Positions 12,451-26,450 are shown, counted from the stretch's first letter. The stretch: DNA of 64,000 nt from Malacoraja senta (GCA_038087875.1 CM076001.1:1798001-1862000), one strand, 5' to 3'. The notes: generated by a model not told the origin, from the sequence alone. Numbers and translations are program-made.

Positions 12451-12875
12451 ATACTGAGCCGATTAACGCTCACACAGAGCACCATCTCCACCGTCTACAT
12501 TGTGAACACTGCATCAAACTTCATAATACTTAAACATTTTCACAGCAGATATTGCCCGCTGAGTGACCTCTTTGGAAACCAGCATCTACAGTTCCTTGCT
12601 TCTAATTGTTATACTGATATGGCTTTCGGACAAGGAAACAGTGACGGGGGCATTCTGGCGGTAGTGGGCGGCATCTCAAATTTGAAGCCCTGAGCATTTA
12701 GCCATTTTGCTAAAAGGTGTATTGGTCAGGATTCGACGCATTCATTCATTATGCAACTTGCTCGCCCCATAAAACGCACGTCTTGGTCATCGATCCTATA
12801 ATTTAGTGTGTTGAGCGTTAATGGGAATCCATCACCGCAAAACCTACTTGCAAGACGGGTGAAGTAGTTCTGCAG

Positions 12876-12950
12876 ACCAGGATGGGCGAGTGATTAAGGT
12901 TAAGATCCAATGAACGGCTGCTCACGTGGGTCCGAGCGCCACTTTTGGTA
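12876..12950 (+). pseudogene. tRNA-Leu(TAA) pseudogene with deletion of the 5' anticodon stem
   Basis: ACCAGGATGGGCGAGTGATTAAGG-TTAAGATCCAATG...GTGGGTCCGAGCGCCACTTTTGGTA aligns to vertebrate tRNA-Leu-TAA. Confidence 0.75.
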
Positions 12951-13379
12951 TTTCGTAGGTCATAGCGAATAGCGCAAATTCTTCTCTCTTCTCAACCAAA
13001 CCAGTTCATTCGGTCCTGTTAGAACACGACTCGCACAAATAGCTCAGCGAATAACAGAGGTCAAAGGTGTGGGAGATTAACAGAGTGATGACGATTGAAG
13101 GCAGGGGACCTACACGGAAAAATGGAGTACCTAATACACTTGAAATTATCCTCTCTTTGTCATTAACTGGTTCAGGTAATCTCTCAATGCAATGCACCAT
13201 CCTGACTTCAAAATATATACTTTCAAGGTAACTAGCTCTAAATCCAGGGATTGATCTTCCGGAGAGTAGAACGGGTTTGACTTCACTGGGAGAACCATTG
13301 AAATTAACTAAACTTGGACACACGGCGTCTTCTAAATGACAACGAAGAATGCATGTGCATGCATGCCTTCCTTTGGCTT

Positions 13380-16300
13380 TTACGAGGAGTTTGGAGAGTC
13401 ACGTGGAAATGTTGGGCATAGTGGGATACGGATAATGTACAGACAGATGAGATCTGTTTAACTTGGCCTCATGTTTGGCACTTATATATGTTGTACTGCT
13501 CTGCGTTCTATGTTCTATGTTCCGAGAAGCACCAACACTATGAACGGATTTAAAGATGTACTCTGAACATTTGGTAACTTCGAGAAATCAACTAAATGGG
13601 AGAATTGGATAATCGACAGATAGATTGAAATGAGGAGAAGCGGGGTCCTTTGCATGTTGACCGATGAAAGAGGGAAGTGATGAACGACCTGAAAGTGCAA
13701 AGAAGGTGAGAAGGTGGAAAATCTGTGGGATTCTGTGGAAGCCAGGTCAGTGGATATTTTTAAGGCAGAAATCGATAGATTCTTGATTAGTACGGAAGTC
13801 AGAGGCTATGGTGAGAAGGGAGGAGATTGGGGTTAGGAGGGAGATATAGATCAGCCTTGATTGCATGGCGGAGTAGATATGATGGGCCGAATGCCCTAAT
13901 TCTGCTCCTATCGTTTATGATCTTATGATCTCGTGATGTTATGGGTCAGGGCGGATTAGAACATAGAACGTTGACAGTAGAGAACAGGAACAGAACTTGT
14001 GGCCCAGGACAACTGGGCAGAACACAATGACGCTAAACCAATTGTCTCTACCTGTATGTGATCCGTATTCACCCAAACGCTGCATGTGCATCCGTCTTTC
14101 GTAAAGCCTCTATAATGCCACCAACCTATCTGTTTCCACCACGATGCCTTGCAGTGCGTTCCAGGCATCCAAGCATCTATGTGTAAAATATTTACATATA
14201 AATCATGTAATATAGTACAGCACAGGAACCAAAGACAATGTTTGTCCGAACATGATGCGCTGCTGAACTGATTTTATCTCCGCCCCCCTCCCACATGCCG
14301 CATAGCCCTCTATTCATTTCCATGTTGCCAATCTAAAAACCTTTTAGACATCAGCATCGAATCTGCTTATACCACCAGCCCTGAGAAATGCGATCCATGC
14401 CCCCACCACTTCTCGGTTAAAAAAAACCTTACCCCGCATATCTCCATTAAACATTCCACCACTCAGCATATAGCTCTACAATCAGGGATTGGTCATTTTC
14501 ACTCTTGGAGGAAGGTTCTGATTGTATACCCTATCAATGCCGCTCGTGATTGTGTATGCTCTATCAAGTCTCCTCTCAAATTCAGACGAACCAGAAAAAA
14601 TCATTCCGAGTCTATCCAACCTCTCCCTTTAGTTGACGCCCTATAATTTAGCACCATCTCCAAAACTTCCACATCGTTCTTGTAGTTGGTCGACCAAAAC
14701 TGCAGGCGATACTTCGAATGCGGCGTAATGAAATTCCGATAGATCTGCATCATAACCTCCTGACTCTTATATTCAATGCCCATGCACGTAATAAAGAAAT
14801 TAATATGCCTTATTTATCACCCTACCTACTAGTGCTTCCATCCTCGGCGAGGTATAAACTTGGATTGTAAAATTGCTCTGCACCTCAATGATGTTAAGAG
14901 CCTTGCCATTAATATATACACTCTCCTTACATTCAACCGCCCAATGTTCAACACTTCGCGCTTGGTCCGGTGAAATTCAATTTGCCATTACTCTATCCAT
15001 TTCTGGTCATCCATATTGCTCCGTATTTACTGACAGCATTCCTCACTGTCTACAACTCCTAAAATATTGCTGCTGTAAGCAACGTACACAACAACCCATT
15101 TACCTGTATGTCTACGTCGCACATCTATTTTAAAGTTTCCCCAATTACCTATGATTTCTAGTGTTTATCTTTCCATGGTGGGGAAAAAAGGCTCAACCTA
15201 TCTACCCTCTCTATGCTTCTCATAATATTATATTATTTTACCAGTTTTCCAAAATCTTCAACATTCTTGGAAAACAATCCAAGTTTGCCTGACCTCTGCT
15301 CATGACTAATTGAGCAGAGGTCATTTTAATTGAGGCATAATTCTTGCAAATCCTTTAGCACTCTCCCCAAAACCTGCAGACAAAATTCCAAGCAATACAA
15401 TACAATACAATACAATATCAAATTCCATTCAAGTTGTTTGCTTATATATCACAAACATAGAAACATAGAAAAATAGGTACAGTTGTAGGCCTTTTCGACC
15501 CTTTCAGCCAAATTTGAGATGCCGCCCACTACCGCCAGAATGCCCCCGTCACTGTTTCGACCCTTGAATATGATCATGCCTGAATATCTAAAATCAGTAT
15601 TCCCTTCCTGCTTTCAGCCCCATATCCCTTGATTCCATTAGCCTTAAGAGCTAAATCTCATTCTCCATTGATAACATCAAGTGAATTTCCCTCCATTGCC
15701 TTCAGTGAAGAAAATCACGGATTCACAGCACTAAGGGTGAGAACGTTTTTCCTCACCTCAGTCCTAATTGTCGTACCCCTTATTTCTAAACCGTTACCCT
15801 GGTTTTTCGACTCCCCCTATCGGGAACATGTTTCCTGCATTTATCCTCTCTAATCCTTTAGAATTTTATATTTGTAAATAAGATACCCTCTCATCCTTCG
15901 AAATTCCAGTGATTACAAGCCCAGTCGACCCATTCTTTCGTCATATGGCAGTCCCACTATTCCGGGAATTAACCTAGTGAACCTCAGGCGCTAACTCAGC
16001 AGCAATAATACCCCTCCTCAAATTAGGAGACCAGCATTGCACACAATACTCCAGATCTGGTCTGACAAGGGCCCTATTCAACTGCTGTAGCACCTCCTTG
16101 CTCCTAAAATAAAATGCTATGGCAATGAAGCCCAACATGCCATTAGCCTTCTTCACTGCGTGCTGTACCTGCATGCTTACGTTCAGTGACTTTCAATGTA
16201 CAAGCACACCCGGGTCTCGTTGCACCTCCACTTTTCCTAATCTGATACAATTTAGATAATGAATCTGAAGTAGGATCTCGACCCGAAACGTCACCCAATT

Positions 16301-17060
16301 CCTTCTCTCCTGAGATGTTGCGACGAGGATGCTATGAGAATGCAGGGTGAATTGGGTAGATTGGACGAGTGGGTAGCTGCATGGCAGATTCAGTAACATG
16401 TGGATAAATGTGAGGTTATCTACCTTGGTTGTAAAATCAAGAAGGCAGGTTATTATCTGAATAGAGTCAGATTAGGAAAAGGGGAGGTGCAAGGAGACAT
16501 GGGTGTCCTTGTGCATCAGTCACTGAAAGTAAGCAAGCAGGCAATGAAGAAAGCAAATGGCATGTTGGCCTTCATAGCTACAGGATTTGAGTATAGAAGC
16601 AAAGAGGTCCAACAGCAGTTGTACCGGGCCCTGTTGAGACCACACGGAGTATTGTGTGCAGTTTTAGTCTTCTAATTTGAGGAAAGACGTCCGTGCTATT
16701 GAGGGAATGCAGCGTATGTTCACCAGGTTTATTCTCGGGATGGCAGGACGGACATATAATGAAGGAATGGATCGACTGGGCTTATATTCACTGGATTTTC
16801 GAATGATAAGAGGGGATCTTATAGAAACATATAACATTCTTGAGAGATTGGACAGGCTACATGGAAGAAAAATGCTCCCGATGTTGGAGAAATCCAGAAC
16901 CATGGGTCACAGTTGAAGAATAAACGGAAGGCCATTTAGGACTGAGATGCGGAAGACGCTTTTCACCCAGTGAGTTGAGTATATGTGGAATTCGCTGCCA
17001 CAGAAGGCAGTGGATTCCAATTCTCTGGATGTTTTCAAGAAAGAGTTACCTATAGCTCTT
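13380..17060. mobile_element. Mosaic of old CR1-group LINE fragments (both strands) with a PLE repeat at about 16262-16320
   Basis: CR1 RT C-terminal ORF pieces (15974-16174, 16400-16916), CR1 UTRs and microsatellite tails. Confidence 0.75.
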
Positions 17061-17065
17061 CGGAT

Positions 17066-19495
17066 AAATGGACATTTCTTGGAATGTATGCGGGATAGTT
17101 ATCTAAACAAACATGTAGAGGAACCAACGAGAGAGCAGGCTATTCTAGACTGGGTATTGAGTAATGAGGAAGGGTTAGTTAGCAGTATTGTTGTGTGTGC
17201 CCCCTTTGGCAAGAGTGACCATAATATGGTTGAGTTCTTCATTAGGATGGAGAGTGACATTGTTAATTCAGAAACAACGGTTCTGAACTTAAAGAAAGGT
17301 AACTTTGAGGGTATGAGACGTGAATTGGCCAAGATTGACTGGCAATTAGTTCTAAAAGGGTTGACGGTGGATATGCAATGGAAGGCATTTAAAGACTGCA
17401 TGGATGAACTACAAAAATTGTTCATCCCAGTTTGGCAAAATAATAAATCAGGGAAAGTAGTGCATCCGTGGATAACAAGGGAAATAAGGGATAGTATCAA
17501 AGCAAAAGATGATGCGTACAAATTAGCCAGAAAAAGCAGCATACCAGAGGACTGGGAGAAATTCAGAGACCAGCAGAGGACTTAATTAGGAAAGGGAAAA
17601 TAGATTATGAAAGGAAACTGGCAGGCAACATAAAAACTGACGTTTTTATAGATATGTGAAGAGAAAGAGATTAGTTAAAACAAATGTAGGTCCCTTGCAG
17701 TCAGAAACATGTGAGTTGATCATGGGGAACAAGGATATGGCGGACCAATTGAATAACTACTTTGGTTCCGTCTTCACTGAGGAAGACATAAATAATCTGC
17801 CGGAAATAGCAGGGGGCCGCGGGTCAAAGGAGATGGAGGAACCGAGTGAAATCCAGGTTAGTCGGGAAGTGGTGTTGGGTAAATTGAATGGATTAAAGGC
17901 CGATAAATCACCAGGGCCAGATAGGCTGAATCCCAGAGTACTTAAGGAAGTAGCTCCAGAAATAGTGGGTGCATTAGTGATAATTTTTCAAAACTCTTTA
18001 GATTCTGGAGTAGTTCCTGAGGATTGGAGGGTAGCAAACGTAACCCCACATTTTAAGAAGGGAGGGAGAGAGAAAACGGGGAATTACAGACCAGTTAGTC
18101 TAACATCGGTAGTGGGGAAACTGCTAAAGTCAGTTATTAAAGATGGGATAGCAGCACATTTGGAAAGTGGTGAAATCATTGGACAAAGTCAGCATGGATT
18201 TACGAAAGGTAAATCGTGTCTGACGAATCTTATAGAATTTTTCGAGGATGTAACTAGTAGAGTGGATAGGGGAGAACCAGTGGATGTGTTGTATCTGGAC
18301 TTTCAGAAGGCTTTCGACAAGGTACCACATAAGAGATTAGGATACAAACTTAAATCACACGGTATTGGGGGTTCAGTATTGATGTGGATAGAGAACTGGC
18401 TGGCAAACAGGAAGCAAAGAGTAGGAGTAAACGGGTCCTTTTTACAATGGCAGGCAGTGACTAGTGGGGTACCGCAAGGCTCAGTACTGGGACCCCAGCT
18501 ATTTACAATTTATATTAATGAACTGGATGAGGGAATTGAAAGCAACATCTCCAAGTTTGCGAATGACACTAAGCTGGGGGGCAGTGTTAGCTGTGAGGAG
18601 GATGCTAGGAGACTGCAAGGTGACTTGGATAGGCTGGGTGAGTGGGCAAATGTTTGGCAGATGCAGTATAATGTGGATAAATGTGAGGTTATCCACTTTG
18701 GTGGCAAAAACGGGAAGGCAGACTATTATCTAATTGGTGGCCGATTAGGAAATTGGGAGATGCAGCGAGACCTGGGTGTCATGGTACACCAGTCATTGAA
18801 AGTAGGCGTGCAGGTGCAGCAGGCAGTGAAGAAAGCGAATGGTATGTTGGCCTTCATAGCAAGAGGATTTGAGTATAGGAGCAGGGAAGTTCTACTGCAG
18901 TTGTACAGGGTCTTGGTGAGACCACACCTGGAGTATTGCGTACAGCTTTGGTCTCCAAATCTGAGGAAGGACATTATAGCCATAGAAGGAGTGCAGAGAA
19001 GGTTCACCAGACTGATTCCTGGGATGTCAGGACTTTCATATGAAGAAAGACTGGATAGACTTGGCTTATACTCGCTAGAATTTAGGAGATTGAGAGGGGA
19101 TCTTATGGAAACGTACAAAATTCTTATGGGGTTGGACAGGCTAGATGCAGGAAGATTGTTCCCGATGTTGGGGAAGTCCAGGACAAGGGGTCACAGCTTA
19201 AGGATAAGGGGGAAATCCTTTAAGACCGAGATGAGGAAAAACTTTTTCACACAGAGAGTGGTGAATCTCTGAAACTCTCTGCCACAGAAGGTAGTTGAGG
19301 CCAGTTCATTGGCTATATTTAAGAGGGAGTTAGATGTGGCCCTTGTGGCTAAGGGGATCAGGGGGTATGAAGAGAAGGCAGGTACGGGATACTGAGTTGG
19401 ATGATCAGCCATGATCATATTGAATGGCGGTGCAGGCTCGAAGGGCCGAATGGCCTACTCCTGCACCTATTTTCTATGTATCTATGTATCTATGA
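17066..19495 (+). mobile_element. Young 5'-truncated CR1 LINE
   Basis: Endonuclease C-terminus (EPTREQAILDWVL, GKSDHN), 538-aa RT ORF at 17656-19272, 3' UTR and tail. Few disablements. Confidence 0.95.
17656..19272 (+). CDS. CR1 ORF2 reverse transcriptase (interrupted)
   Basis: NYRPVSLTS, DFQKAFDKV, GVPQGSVLGP and KFANDT (FADD variant). Ends at a TGG>TGA stop. Confidence 0.85.
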   Translation: MKRKRLVKTNVGPLQSETCELIMGNKDMADQLNNYFGSVFTEEDINNLPEIAGGRGSKEMEEPSEIQVSREVVLGKLNGLKADKSPGPDRLNPRVLKEVAPEIVGALVIIFQNSLDSGVVPEDWRVANVTPHFKKGGREKTGNYRPVSLTSVVGKLLKSVIKDGIAAHLESGEIIGQSQHGFTKGKSCLTNLIEFFEDVTSRVDRGEPVDVLYLDFQKAFDKVPHKRLGYKLKSHGIGGSVLMWIENWLANRKQRVGVNGSFLQWQAVTSGVPQGSVLGPQLFTIYINELDEGIESNISKFANDTKLGGSVSCEEDARRLQGDLDRLGEWANVWQMQYNVDKCEVIHFGGKNGKADYYLIGGRLGNWEMQRDLGVMVHQSLKVGVQVQQAVKKANGMLAFIARGFEYRSREVLLQLYRVLVRPHLEYCVQLWSPNLRKDIIAIEGVQRRFTRLIPGMSGLSYEERLDRLGLYSLEFRRLRGDLMETYKILMGLDRLDAGRLFPMLGKSRTRGHSLRIRGKSFKTEMRKNFFTQRVVNL

Positions 19496-21066
19496 CATGG
19501 GGAGAAAACAGAACGGGGCATTGATTTTGGATGATGCCGGTTCGAAGGCCGGAATGGCCTACTCCTGAACTTATTTTCTCTGTTTCTTTGTCTTGGTTTC
19601 TATAACCTCTGACACCCGTACAGATCAATAATCTATTTATTCCACCGACTTTTCCTCCACAGCCTTCTGTGCCAAAGATTCCCACAGATTCACCACCCTC
19701 TTAGTTAATGATTAATGATTAATGTTTAATGCTCATAGTTTAGTGAATTTCCTATGCTCACGTGAGATTTGCGAATTATCTCTAGATTACAGGATTTTTG
19801 TTTTATGTTTTTGGGTTAGTTTTTTTTATTGCATTGGTTATTTCTTAAACAAAGGAAGAACTTTGGTTATTGTATAGCCTTCTGGTCCTCGTCTGTGTCG
19901 GTAATGGTGCAAAGATCTTTGCCAAGGAACCTGCAAGCTTTTCACTCTTTTATTAACCTACGATAGATCCCAACGAGAACCGAAGATTCATCTACAATGC
20001 ACTTCAAGAGCCATATCCCCGACTCCTCCTTGATCTAAAAAATACCAATATATTGATCAGTCTCCCGACAGTTCTCGCTATGCCCCTTGTCTATCTTCTT
20101 CGTGAATATCGATGCAGTTTTAATTTTGTACACTACCTACATTCTCTCACCCCAAGCATAAATTACATTCTTAACCTTCGATCGGCTCTAAGTTCGCATT
20201 GGTTACTTCTTGGTTTTTTTAATGTACCTGTCAAAAAGCCCTGTAGACGTTTTGGGTCCCCCTTGCCAACAACATTTCATGGCCCCTTTTAGCTTGAGTA
20301 ATTTCCAGTTCTTTTTACGTGCTTTTTATATTCCTCAAAGGGCTCATCTGAATTAATCGTTTGAAACCTTAAACAAGCTTCGCTTTTTCATTTTGACCAA
20401 ATTTACAATTCCCATTATAACTTAAAGTCTGATTACCTCGCCATCCTTATCTCCTCCACCTGACTAGAATATGACGATCAGCTCGAATTAAAAAAAATCA
20501 AAATCGTTAGATGTTGACATACCAAATAAAAACAGCTTTCAAATTGCACCCCATAGTTCTGACCCAATTATGCTGTCTTACGGCAAATTAGCTCTATCTC
20601 TCAAAATTTCAGCGAAATGGTTGCTCATTCGATTCAAGACACAATAATAGTGGACAATGTTTGATTTCATGGGAAGCGACACTGCTTATGTTCCAGAGGT
20701 CACACCGAAAGTGAACCGAGAACGAGGTGTAATATCATGAAATATCATTAATTAAATAGCCGAGTCATGATATGTGGGGAGAGGGAATGAACGGGGTTCT
20801 GATTGGCGATGATCAGCCATGATCACATTGAATGGCGGTGCTGGCTCGAAGGGCCGAATGTCCTACTCCTGACCTATTGTCTATAAATGTTAGCGAGATT
20901 ACAACCCTTTCGCGTCGCGCCAACTATGGCCGCGAGTTCACAGTATTCGTCATTCAGAACCTAGACCGTGTAACTAAAAATAAAATAAAAACACATCTAC
21001 TGCTCCGTTGGCAATTAACTTTCAACTTGTTTATTAGGAATCTGAGACAAAATATTTCAGTCGTTC

Positions 21067-21977
21067 CTATTGTTTGAATCGATTACAAATTACCTTCAAG
21101 GGACATTTGACCAGATTCTTCAACTGTTCTCTGAATTTAGTCTGTGTACCCGCATAGATGCACGTGTTGGTGCATGAACTGAGAAGTTCCATCATGTATC
21201 CGCTTTCTTGGAGTATAAACATTGGGTTGGTGGAATTGGAATTGTTCGCATAATTTTTGATTGAAAATTGCACCATAACAAAATTCACAACATTAGTAAA
21301 TCGCAAGAGCAGGAAACTGCCCGAAATGGCGAATAGTATAATGATGGACTTTCTCCTGCTCTCCATCTCTGGGTCATTCTGTTTATCTCCATGGCTCTGA
21401 GCTCGCAGCCTCTTGCGGGCTCCACTGGCCGCTAGTATGTGCCTGACCGTCAAAACATTGAGCAGCAAAATTAGCACGAACGGCACACATGGGTTTACCA
21501 TATAGAGTAGCCAGTCATATATCGTCCATGCAAGTGAAGTATAATAGACATCCTTTATGCTGCAGTACCAAGGTATATTATCCAATACATACGCAGGTTC
21601 ATATGTAAAAAAGAAAGGTATGTTTTTTACACAGTACAATGCACACACCGTTCCGATGACGACAGTCGCGATTTTCTCCGTGCAATATCGGACTTTCAGA
21701 TGTGGACAGCAAATGGCGATGAATCGATCGAAGGTGAACGCCACCGTTAACCAGGCGGAAGTGTCTTTGGAAAACCAACTGAACGCAATAACGAGGCTGC
21801 AGCCGGGAGTGGTGGATAGTAAACTAACGGGGAAATAAATAGCTCGCAGACGGCTTAATATCACCGCGGCAACGATGACTAGGAAGTCCATCACCGCCAT
21901 GGACAACAGATAGCGGCTGATACATTTTGAGAGCCCGCATCTTCCCTGTGATAGTATCACAATCGTCATCAAATTCG
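21067..21977 (-). CDS. Exon 2 of intact GPR139/142-like rhodopsin GPCR (GPCR-2, 326 aa spliced)
   Basis: Acceptor CTCTGTCCAACAG|CG, then an open frame to the stop. Contains 7TM motifs NLMTIVILS, FTFDRFIAIC and SSCTNTCIY. Confidence 0.93.
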
Positions 21978-22589
21978 CTGTTGGACAGAGGGAGACAGAT
22001 TGTGAGTAGTGATAAAACGAATCTCTCAAGCCTCGCCACCCCCTAGTTTTCGGTCAGTATATGTGTATTTTCTTTATGTATTTATTCAAGTATTTTCTAT
22101 CAGTAAACGAAGCAAATGATTTACTTAAAGTAAATAACTTAATTACATTTTAGTTAAGTATGTAAGTATTTTCTGGGGAAAGTATTCGTGTATGTGACCG
22201 TTTTCCCAATGGATTCCTGTTTGCTGACGATATCATGCAGCAACGTCAATAACTCAATGTAAACCTTTTTCCTTTGTAGGTTTCGTTCAGTTTAGACACG
22301 AATTTCTGGAATGACTCGGCGGGGCAGGCAGTGTCTCTAAAAAGATGGAATGGGTGATGTTTCGTGTCGAGACCTTTCTTCGGATTGCAAAGGCGAAACG
22401 GGTATTGATCTGATCGTTTTCAAGTGCGAATTATGTTAAACATAATACTGGGGTAGTTGCAGTGTCTCATCAAGTACATGCCACAGTTTATTTTAGAAAT
22501 ACAGCGGGGAATCAGAACCTTCGGTCCACCAAATCCGCGCCGACAAGCGATCGCCGAGCAGCAGCAATATACCACACAAATGGGACAAG

Positions 22590-22790
22590 TTAACATTTTT
22601 TGCCAAAGCCAACATACTAGAAACTTGTACAACCCACTTCTAATGTGGGTGGAAACCGGAGCTCCCGGAAGAAACCCACGCGGTCACGGTAAAACCTACA
22701 AACTCCGTACAGACTGCACCACGAGTCAGGATCGAACCCGGGTCTCTGGCGCTGCAATGCAGGAGGGCCACCGTGCCGCCGCGAAAATAA
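22590..22790 (-). mobile_element. V-SINE (HE1-like) in the GPCR-2 intron
   Basis: tRNA-like head with GGTTCGATCC B box and a V-domain core. Confidence 0.8.
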
Positions 22791-22806
22791 GGTAATAGCT
22801 TTGAAT

Positions 22807-22889
22807 GACCGGGAATTGCGCCGGAACAAACGTAAACCTCCGTTTATTGGATCTTAAAGCCAACGACTTAACCACTCAGCCACCCTGCT
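22807..22889 (-). pseudogene. tRNA-Leu(TAA) pseudogene
   Basis: Reverse complement AGCAGGGTGGCTGAGTGGTTAAGTCGTTGGCTTTAAGATCCAAT... aligns to tRNA-Leu-TAA over 83 nt. The T arm is degraded. Confidence 0.7.
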
Positions 22890-24149
22890 CTGCCGATTCA
22901 TCATTTACCGCAGAACGGATGATTACACCAACCTTTCAGGAAGTAAGGCTACGTGGCAGAAGAAATACATTGGAAGACATAGCGTGGGAATTAAACATAA
23001 TCCAGACATAGTCGGGATGATTTCGGGAGAGAGTTAGATAGAGCTCTTGGGGCTAATGGAATCGAGGGGTGGTGGGGGGAGGGGCAGGAGCGGGGTACTG
23101 ATTGTGGATGTTCAGCCATGATCGCGGTGAGAGGCGGTGCTGGCTCGAAGGTCCGAATGGCCCACTACTGCACCTAATGTATATTGTCTAATAACAATGT
23201 TCCAAGAAAAATGACTATACTGAAGTTCGTTTTAAAGGAACTCACAGAACGACCAAGATGTAAACGGAGAACTTTTCAAATATAATCAACATAGTGCATA
23301 TTTCCCCAATCGGATAGAAGTACCAAACGATCTGAAGCATCAATGCATTGTCTCATAGAGACGTGAATGGTATCTGTGGATGTGTCAAGGACTGCAAGAG
23401 CCGGCAAATGGAAATGAACAGAGAGAGGTTCACCAATTGTCTGTGAGTGTTTTAGGGAGGCATTCTGGAGTGATCCCATTGATTTCCCATGGAGTCACGG
23501 GAACATTTTAACATCTCAGTTAAACATTTCATTGCAAAAGTGGGAATCCAGGCAGGAGTGTTCTCGTCAATGAACCAGTAACTTGGACCAACGCAATCGT
23601 TCGTAATAAAATACATGACGATTTAAAGCGATGCAATGATTCCCAATCAAAATCTGTTAACGAACCGAAATAAAAATATAAGTTTTCAAAGAGAACACGT
23701 TCTGCTCATGAAAATCGAGCACAACCTGAAATGAGCATTTGTACTTTTCTTTTTGCAGCATCCATGAAATGTAACGTAAAAACGGTGTAAATTATTTTAC
23801 ACGTATTGACAAGCCTACATTGACAAATATATTCTCATTCTGAATGCTAATTGCGCGAAGTATGTTTGATGAAATATAAATCAAGATGCAAATAGTCGCA
23901 AACTGTGCACAGTAATTGTGGTCCCGAGAGCATCTACGGAGAGGGAGAACGACGCTGAAATTATATAAAAATAATAACCTATTAAAACAACGTCTTCTTG
24001 CACAACGTTCATTATAGAGACAGTATTGATGTCATTTTATAATACAAAATGTTTCTATTTTTATGCTGCTCACTCTTGATTTGTGAATGGGCGTAGAATG
24101 AATCAGGAGGCCATAAGACAAATGAATAAAAACAAGTATATCATAATTG

Positions 24150-24905
24150 TAATTATTATAATAATCATGCTTTATTAGCCAAGTATTTTGCAACATATGA
24201 GGAATTTGATTTGCCTCATAGTCATACTAATACAAAGCAACCGAACACAAGAAATACATTTTGACATAAATAACCACCTCGTTGACTCCTCCACATTCCT
24301 CACTGTATTAGAAGGTGAAACATGTTCAATCTCTTTCCATGTTTCTCCTCCAGCGGTCGGGAGCCTCTAACATTTCGTTGACGGGACGATCTTGACTCTC
24401 GTGGCCGGCGCCGGGCCTGCTCGTCGGGCCGATCAAGCTCATGCATCGGGGGATGTCAGCTCCACGCGCCAGGCGATCTGACCCCGGGTCGGTGTTTGTC
24501 GAACGTCGTGTGGCATTTGGAGCTACCGATTTCGGTCTCAACCCTAGACCACGTGCTCCGGATGTTAAATCCGCAGGCCGCGGTTGGAGCGTCGATCCAA
24601 GGCAAGTGATCGGCTCCGATGTCAAGTCGATAATCAGCGGTGAGGCTCAAAGTCAGTCCCGAGCAAGGCCTCCAGCTCCACGATGTTTGGCCGCAGAGCA
24701 ACCGGAGATACGACCCGGAAAAGAATTACATCTCCGGCAAGGTGATGTAACAAAATGCTCCCCGTGACCCCCTGCCCAACCCTAACATAAAACAAACATG
24801 GGGAACATTAACACAAACGTTTTCAACACACTAAAAATAACAAGAAAAAAGACGAAAAGGACAGACAAACTGTAGGCGAGGCTGCCATCGAGGCGCCACC
24901 CAGTG
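24150..24905 (-). mobile_element. GC-rich non-coding retroposon with a Rex1/Babar-like 3' end
   Basis: Its 3' end resembles 37280-37320, and its body is homologous to 41669-42526. Confidence 0.6.
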
Positions 24906-25312
24906 ATATTCACATTATATTTAAATATAATATTATGAACATAATATGATATAATATGATATTGTGATATTCATATCATAATCATATTATGAATATGTAT
25001 GAGATTAGCCTTAAAAATAATAGTCAGCTGTATTAGAACACCGATTAGACAGGATTCAGGGCGCGATGTGAAAGCAAAACAATTTGTGTTCGAAAAGAGT
25101 GCGTATTTATAAACCTGTTCCCTATGATGAGAAACATGCTCAAGTTCATAGTTTTTATGCAGACGTCGCAGAGATCATTGGTGAGGATTTGAGGATCTTA
25201 CCTTCAAAATAATATACGGCGGCTGAAAAAGAAAGATCAAAAAGCATAAATTGCAGACAACTAATCAAGCATAGCAGTGTTAGTTGTTCACGTATTCAGC
25301 CGCGTAGTTTAC

Positions 25313-25382
25313 CTGGGACACCGAAAACAGCAAGAGCAGTATAATATACAGCAAATACCGGGCCCTTTCCCGGCGCGTGCAT
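25313..25382 (-). CDS. Exon 1 of GPCR-2
   Basis: MHAPGKGPVFAVYYTALAVFGVP + G|GTAAAC. The 70-nt phase-1 exon joins in frame to 21977. Confidence 0.9.
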
Positions 25383-26004
25383 TTTCCGTCAAACACAAAA
25401 TGAACATACGCAATACACAACAGTCAAGCTGCAGCCTCTAAAATAATCTGTCTACTTATACCTGATATGACTCCCTGAAGCATCAATCAGATTGCATCAT
25501 CCTGCCGTTCGTGAATATTAAAGAAGCCCAATTTGCTGGGTTACCTTAACTGGTCTGGCATCACGTCTGGGGAATTGGGGAAGGCGACGTTTCCGCTAGG
25601 ATCATTCTTCTATTAATTATTTTTTTCTGACAAATAAACCACGTTTTTTAAGGTCCAAATTAATAGTTGAAACCGGTTGCACTTGGTGATATCATCCTGT
25701 AGTCGGAATGAACATATACCAGTCGTTGTATTAAATGGAATGAATGAAAGTTATATGACACGACTTTCACAAGGTTTCTAATAATATGAAAGTCATTGAA
25801 GAAAGTCCCTTCAAATTAATAAGAAGCGAGACTATCACTAACATAAGCTTCGAATAGACAGCAGTAAGGCAAACGAACAGGCACTTTGGTCCACAATGGT
25901 TCAATGATCAAACGGTACTTCTTTCTCACGTGTATCAAAGTACAGTGGATTTTTTTTTGACATACAGTTCTGTGACAATCCATTTATGGATGAGGAACAT
26001 AGAA

Positions 26005-26450
26005 ACATAGAGACATAGAAACATAGAAACATAGAAAATAGGTGCAGGAGGAGGCTATTCAGCCCTTCGAGCCAGCACCGCCATTCATTGTGATCATGGC
26101 TGATCGTCCCCTATCAATAACCCGTGCCTACCTTCTCCCCATATCACGTGACTCCACTAGCCCCTAGAGCTCTATCTAACTCTCTCTTAAATCCATCCAG
26201 TGACTTGGCCTCCACTGCCCTATGTGGCAGGGAATTCCATACTCTCTGGGTGAAAAAGTGTTTTCTCACCTCAGTCTTAAATGATCTCCTCTTTATTCTA
26301 AGACTATGGCCCCTGGTTCTAGACTCGCCCAACATTGGGAACATATTTCCTGCATCTAGCTTCTTCAGTCCTTTTATAATTTTATATGTTTCTATAAGAT
26401 CACCCCCCTCATCATTCTAAACTCCAGTGAATACAAGCCAATTCTAAACT
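26005..26450 (-). mobile_element. CR1 3' fragment
   Basis: MFPMLGESRTRGHSLRI and 3' UTR with (ATAGAAAC)n tail. Confidence 0.85.

Noticed and set aside
13006-13323. 105-aa ORF with an acceptor-like TTTTCCGTGTAG
   Set aside because: No Ig or other motif in any frame examined.
15391-15420. Short tandem repeats ((CAATA)n, (TGTCCTT)n, (CATT)n) as CRISPR-like arrays
   Set aside because: Microsatellite retroposon tails with no unique spacers, in a eukaryotic context.
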